Positions 60,728 through 64,000 of a stretch of 64,000 bases of DNA are shown piece after piece. How positions within the stretch are numbered: the first letter of the stretch is position 1; each line of letters opens with the position of its first letter. The DNA is taken from positions 9,402-73,401 of the forward strand of contig AQSD01000001.1 of assembly GCA_000402755.1 (NCBI GenBank). Direction: 5' to 3'. This DNA comes from Fidelibacterota bacterium SCGC AAA160-B08. Its GTDB lineage: Bacteria > Fidelibacterota > Marinisomatia > Marinisomatales > Marinisomataceae. The notes beneath the pieces are model-generated. The model was not told the DNA's origin and made no database searches. It worked only from the letters and a program-made list of their open reading frames with translations. The position numbers were made by a program, and so were the translations under genes.

Positions 60728-62095
60728 TTATATTAGAATTGAAGAGGCGATAATAAAGTAGAGGGCAACTCCCAGTATATCAATTGCCGTTGTAACAAAT
60801 GGACCTGTTGAGATCGCCGGGTCAAAGTTTAATTTTTGTAATATTATAGGAACACTAGCTCCTACTGCAGTAGCAATCGTCATAGAACAGGCAATACTTA
60901 ATCCCACTACCAACCCAAGATTTTCTAATTCATTTCCTGTAATAAATTCTGAAGCAAACCCTACCAATACTCCATAGGTTATGCCCAAGAGTCCGCCAAC
61001 AATAATTTCTTTAACTATGAGAGGGATAGTGTTGGCAACATCAACCCTTCCTGTTGCTAGACCGCGTACGATAATAGTAGAAGATTGTGTACCAATATTC
61101 CCTCCAATACCAATAATAACGGGTATAAAGGAAGCCAATACAATCATCTCTTTGAGTAGGTGATCAAAATAGCTAATAATAGCCGCTGCACAAATTCCTC
61201 CAATTAAACTTGCAAAAATCCAAGGAGCCCTTGATTGTGCATTTTCTATTGGAGATTTTAATAAAATTTCTCTGTCCTTACCTACGCCAGCCATCTGTAA
61301 AAAATCTTCGGAAGCTTCTTCGCGAATAATATCTACAACATCATCAATAGTAACGATTCCTAAAAATTTATTTTGTTTATTCACAACAGGTAGCGCTAAA
61401 TAATTATACTGTGCTACGGTTTTAGCTACTTCTTCCTGATCTGTTTCTGAGGTTGCGGCATGGATATCTTTAATCATCATATCTTTTAGTTTTGTTGTAT
61501 TTTTTGAAGTCACTAAATTTCTTATTGATATAACACCCACCAATTTTTCATTATCATCTAAAACATAAACATAAAAAATTTTATCATTCTCTGGGAATGA
61601 TTGCAGTTGTTTAATGGCTTCTTTAATAGTGGTATTTTGATTGAGTGTAAAGGTTTCTTTGGTCATCACACTACCAGCACTGTCATCTGGGTATGACATA
61701 ATTTCTTCTACGTCTTCTAAGTCTTCCACTTCAATTTTTTCTAAAATTTCCCTTTGTTTTTCTTGTGGAAACATGCTAATAATTGCTGCTTGATCATTAG
61801 TGTCTAAATAAACAAACATTTTAGAAATATTAGTAGAGCTTTCATCAATAAGCATATTCTCAATTAGCGCCTCATCTAGCTCTTCCAACACTTTTGCCTT
61901 ATGGTCAAAACTAGGGCATAGACTAAAAATAGTTTTTTGTTCAATATCGCCAAATCCTCTCATAAGAAGGGCTACATCCGCAGGATGCGTTTTGCGTAAA
62001 ATCTTTGTTAAGTTGGCGTTGGCTTTTCTTCTTAAAAGCCTTTGTATGGTTCTTCTTAATAAAGAAATTTCAGTGGAAAATATTGCTTTTTTCAT
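60728..62095 (-). CDS. mgtE: Magnesium transporter MgtE
   Basis: MgtE N-domain, tandem CBS domains and a C-terminal 5-TM channel with GNIGTQSS and PFVTTAIDILG motifs. Confidence 0.93.
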   Translation of the reverse strand: MKKAIFSTEISLLRRTIQRLLRRKANANLTKILRKTHPADVALLMRGFGDIEQKTIFSLCPSFDHKAKVLEELDEALIENMLIDESSTNISKMFVYLDTNDQAAIISMFPQEKQREILEKIEVEDLEDVEEIMSYPDDSAGSVMTKETFTLNQNTTIKEAIKQLQSFPENDKIFYVYVLDDNEKLVGVISIRNLVTSKNTTKLKDMMIKDIHAATSETDQEEVAKTVAQYNYLALPVVNKQNKFLGIVTIDDVVDIIREEASEDFLQMAGVGKDREILLKSPIENAQSRAPWIFASLIGGICAAAIISYFDHLLKEMIVLASFIPVIIGIGGNIGTQSSTIIVRGLATGRVDVANTIPLIVKEIIVGGLLGITYGVLVGFASEFITGNELENLGLVVGLSIACSMTIATAVGASVPIILQKLNFDPAISTGPFVTTAIDILGVALYFIIASSILI

Positions 62096-62151
62096 TGTAT
62101 TGGATTTTTTATAAATTAACTCTACTTTATAACAAATTAAAGAGTAAGTAA

Positions 62152-63612
62152 ATGGCTAAAATAACTAAACAATCAGACAATTTTGCAAAATGGTATACTG
62201 ATGTCATTTTGGAGGCAGACTTAGCAGAATATGGCCCAGTAAAAGGGACTATGGTTATTAAGCCTTATGGCTACTCTCTTTGGGAAAATGTTAAGGACAC
62301 TTTAAACAGCATGATTAAAGAAAGCGGTCATGAAAATGCATATTTTCCACTATTTATTCCAAAAAGCTTTCTTGAAAAAGAAGCCAAGCATGTAGAGGGC
62401 TTTGCAAAAGAATGTGCAGTAGTCACACACTCAAAGCTTATTTCTGAAGACGGTGTACTGAAGGTAGACCCAAGCTCAAAGCTAGAAGAAGAAATTATTG
62501 TACGCCCAACTTCTGAAACAATTATTTGGCATATGTTTAAAAAATGGGTTACATCTTACAGAGACTTGCCTATTAAAATTAATCAATGGGCAAATGTGGT
62601 ACGTTGGGAGATGCGCACTAGACTGTTTTTAAGAACTTCAGAATTTTTATGGCAAGAAGGCCATACTGCACATGCAACCAAAGAAGAGGCGATGGCAGAA
62701 ACGCTTATGATTGTTGATATGTATAAATGTTTATTTGAAGACCACCTTGCTATTCCAACTATGATTGGAAGAAAGTCTAATATGGAAAGATTTGCAGGGG
62801 CAGATGAAACCTACTCTATCGAAACGATGATGAGAGATAAAAAGGCATTACAAGCAGGAACTTCTCACTATTTGGGTACAAATTTTGGTACTGCATTTGA
62901 TGTAAAATTTCAGAGTAAAGAAAACAAAGAACAGCCAGTGTTTGCAACAAGCTGGGGAGTGAGCACTCGCATGATTGGAGCGTTGATTATGGTTCACGGC
63001 GATGACAAAGGATTAAAAATTCCACCTAGAATTGCTCCACATCAAGTAGTCATTATACCTATTAATCCTAAAAACGAAGAAAAAGAAAAATTTGATAATT
63101 TTGTTGATACAATTTATAACAAACTGAAAAATGATAGCATTAGATGTTCGATTGATAATTCAAATAATAGCCCAGGATTTAAGTTTAATAATTGGGAATT
63201 AAAAGGCGCCCCACTACGTATTGATATTGGTTTAAAAGAATTTCAAAATAATAAAGTCACCGTTTGTAGAAGAGATACGGGCGAAAAAGAAGAAATATCA
63301 CCAGGCCAATTAAGCCAACTTTCATCAACCTTAGAAGATATTCAAAAAGGTATGTATAGTTCTGCGAGTACTTTTTTAGAAGAAAATACGTTCGAATTAA
63401 ATGATTATAGCGAATTCAAAAAACTACTTTCTAAAGAGAATTGTTTCATCAAAACATATTGGGATGGATCAGATATCTCAGAATTAAAAATCAAACAAGA
63501 AACAAAGGCTACTATCCGTTGTATTTTAGAAGATGTAAATGACTCTAATTTAAAATGTATTTTCTCTGGAGAGCCAGCGAAGCATCTTGTAGTTTTTGCA
63601 AAAGCATATTAA
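62152..63612 (+). CDS. proS: Proline-tRNA ligase, archaeal/eukaryotic-type
   Basis: 486 aa with no bacterial INS editing domain. Class II motifs (RPTSET, FLRTSEFLWQEGHTAH, GTSHYLG) and the characteristic C-terminal Y are present. Confidence 0.95.
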   Translation: MAKITKQSDNFAKWYTDVILEADLAEYGPVKGTMVIKPYGYSLWENVKDTLNSMIKESGHENAYFPLFIPKSFLEKEAKHVEGFAKECAVVTHSKLISEDGVLKVDPSSKLEEEIIVRPTSETIIWHMFKKWVTSYRDLPIKINQWANVVRWEMRTRLFLRTSEFLWQEGHTAHATKEEAMAETLMIVDMYKCLFEDHLAIPTMIGRKSNMERFAGADETYSIETMMRDKKALQAGTSHYLGTNFGTAFDVKFQSKENKEQPVFATSWGVSTRMIGALIMVHGDDKGLKIPPRIAPHQVVIIPINPKNEEKEKFDNFVDTIYNKLKNDSIRCSIDNSNNSPGFKFNNWELKGAPLRIDIGLKEFQNNKVTVCRRDTGEKEEISPGQLSQLSSTLEDIQKGMYSSASTFLEENTFELNDYSEFKKLLSKENCFIKTYWDGSDISELKIKQETKATIRCILEDVNDSNLKCIFSGEPAKHLVVFAKAY

Positions 63613-63617
63613 TTGCT

Positions 63618-64000
63618 ATGAAAAACAGACTATTTTATTCTCTATTAATTTGCTTATCATATCTTTTGTTCTGGCCAGTTCCAATAAAGCCAGTATCTTG
63701 GGAGTCTCCTATTCCGCCATCAATGACAGACGCGTATGAAAAAAATGATTATTTAAAAAATATAGAGATCTTTTGGGAAAACGACGGACATTATGGGCCG
63801 GAAGATATCGCAATTCATGAGGATAATGTATATGTGGGATATCATGATGGGCTTATTATGCGCTCTGATGGGGAGTTTTATAATACTAATGGTCGTCCTC
63901 TTGGAATGGTATTTGATGCTAGCAACAATCTAATCGTTGCAGATGCGATTCAAGGACTGATATCGGTCAACCAAAACGGTATTGCTACGACCCTTTCAAC
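63618..64000 (+). CDS. Strictosidine synthase-like / SMP-30-type beta-propeller protein (partial; runs off the window)
   Basis: Hand translation gives MKNRLFYSLLICLSYLLFWP...GPEDIAIHEDNVYVGYHDGLIMR...TNGRPLGMVFDASNNLIVADAIQGLISV. This matches the SSL-family pattern GPEd.a.d..g..Y.G..dGrI......T.GRPLG..fD..gnLivaDa.kGL. Not in the ORF track because it is open-ended. Confidence 0.65.
   Translation, partial: MKNRLFYSLLICLSYLLFWPVPIKPVSWESPIPPSMTDAYEKNDYLKNIEIFWENDGHYGPEDIAIHEDNVYVGYHDGLIMRSDGEFYNTNGRPLGMVFDASNNLIVADAIQGLISVNQNGIATTLS

Noticed and set aside
62096-62151. An M-box (ykoK) Mg2+ riboswitch upstream of mgtE, and a purine riboswitch upstream of purA (50313-50346).
   Set aside because: The spacers are only 56 and 34 nt. 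That is far too short for either aptamer.

Overview
This is 64 kb of a low-GC, very tightly packed bacterial chromosome; many adjacent genes overlap by 4 nt (ATGA type). I found no rRNA, tRNA, CRISPR array, transposase, integrase or phage gene. All family calls rest on motif recognition by eye in the supplied translations, since no BLAST or HMM search could be run.

Contents, in order:
- 1-25.9 kb, housekeeping genes: partial b558-type sdhC, a GGT-family protein, ppdK, aldehyde dehydrogenase, typA, thyA-folA, an M16 peptidase, and gyrA-gyrB-dnaN.
- 25.9-34.5 kb, the replication-origin neighbourhood. An AT-rich 308-bp gap with DnaA boxes lies upstream of dnaN. It is followed by a surA-like gene, mnmG, mnmE, yidC and rpmH, all on the minus strand, then the divergent dnaA-ssb on the plus strand. 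rpmH is absent from the ORF track and I translated it by hand.
- 36.5-50.3 kb, one translationally coupled purine operon of 12 genes: purA-purL-purM-purQ(S)-purC-purE-purB-purF-purD-purN-psiE-purH.
- 51.6-59.4 kb, the only accessory-looking segment and my best candidate for an undescribed system. It encodes a SusC-architecture TonB-dependent barrel, a 1079-aa orphan protein with a type IX secretion (T9SS) C-terminal sorting domain, and a PorV-like barrel. Palindromes precede it and a strong terminator closes it.
- 59.5-64 kb: M23 peptidase, a hypothetical protein, mgtE, archaeal/eukaryote-type proS, and a partial strictosidine-synthase-like gene.

Lineage (inference only): the T9SS sorting domain, PorV-like protein, b558 SdhC and ProRS type point to the Fibrobacteres-Chlorobi-Bacteroidetes superphylum. 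The usable Shine-Dalgarno sites and strong streamlining suggest a non-Bacteroidetes marine lineage such as Marinimicrobia.
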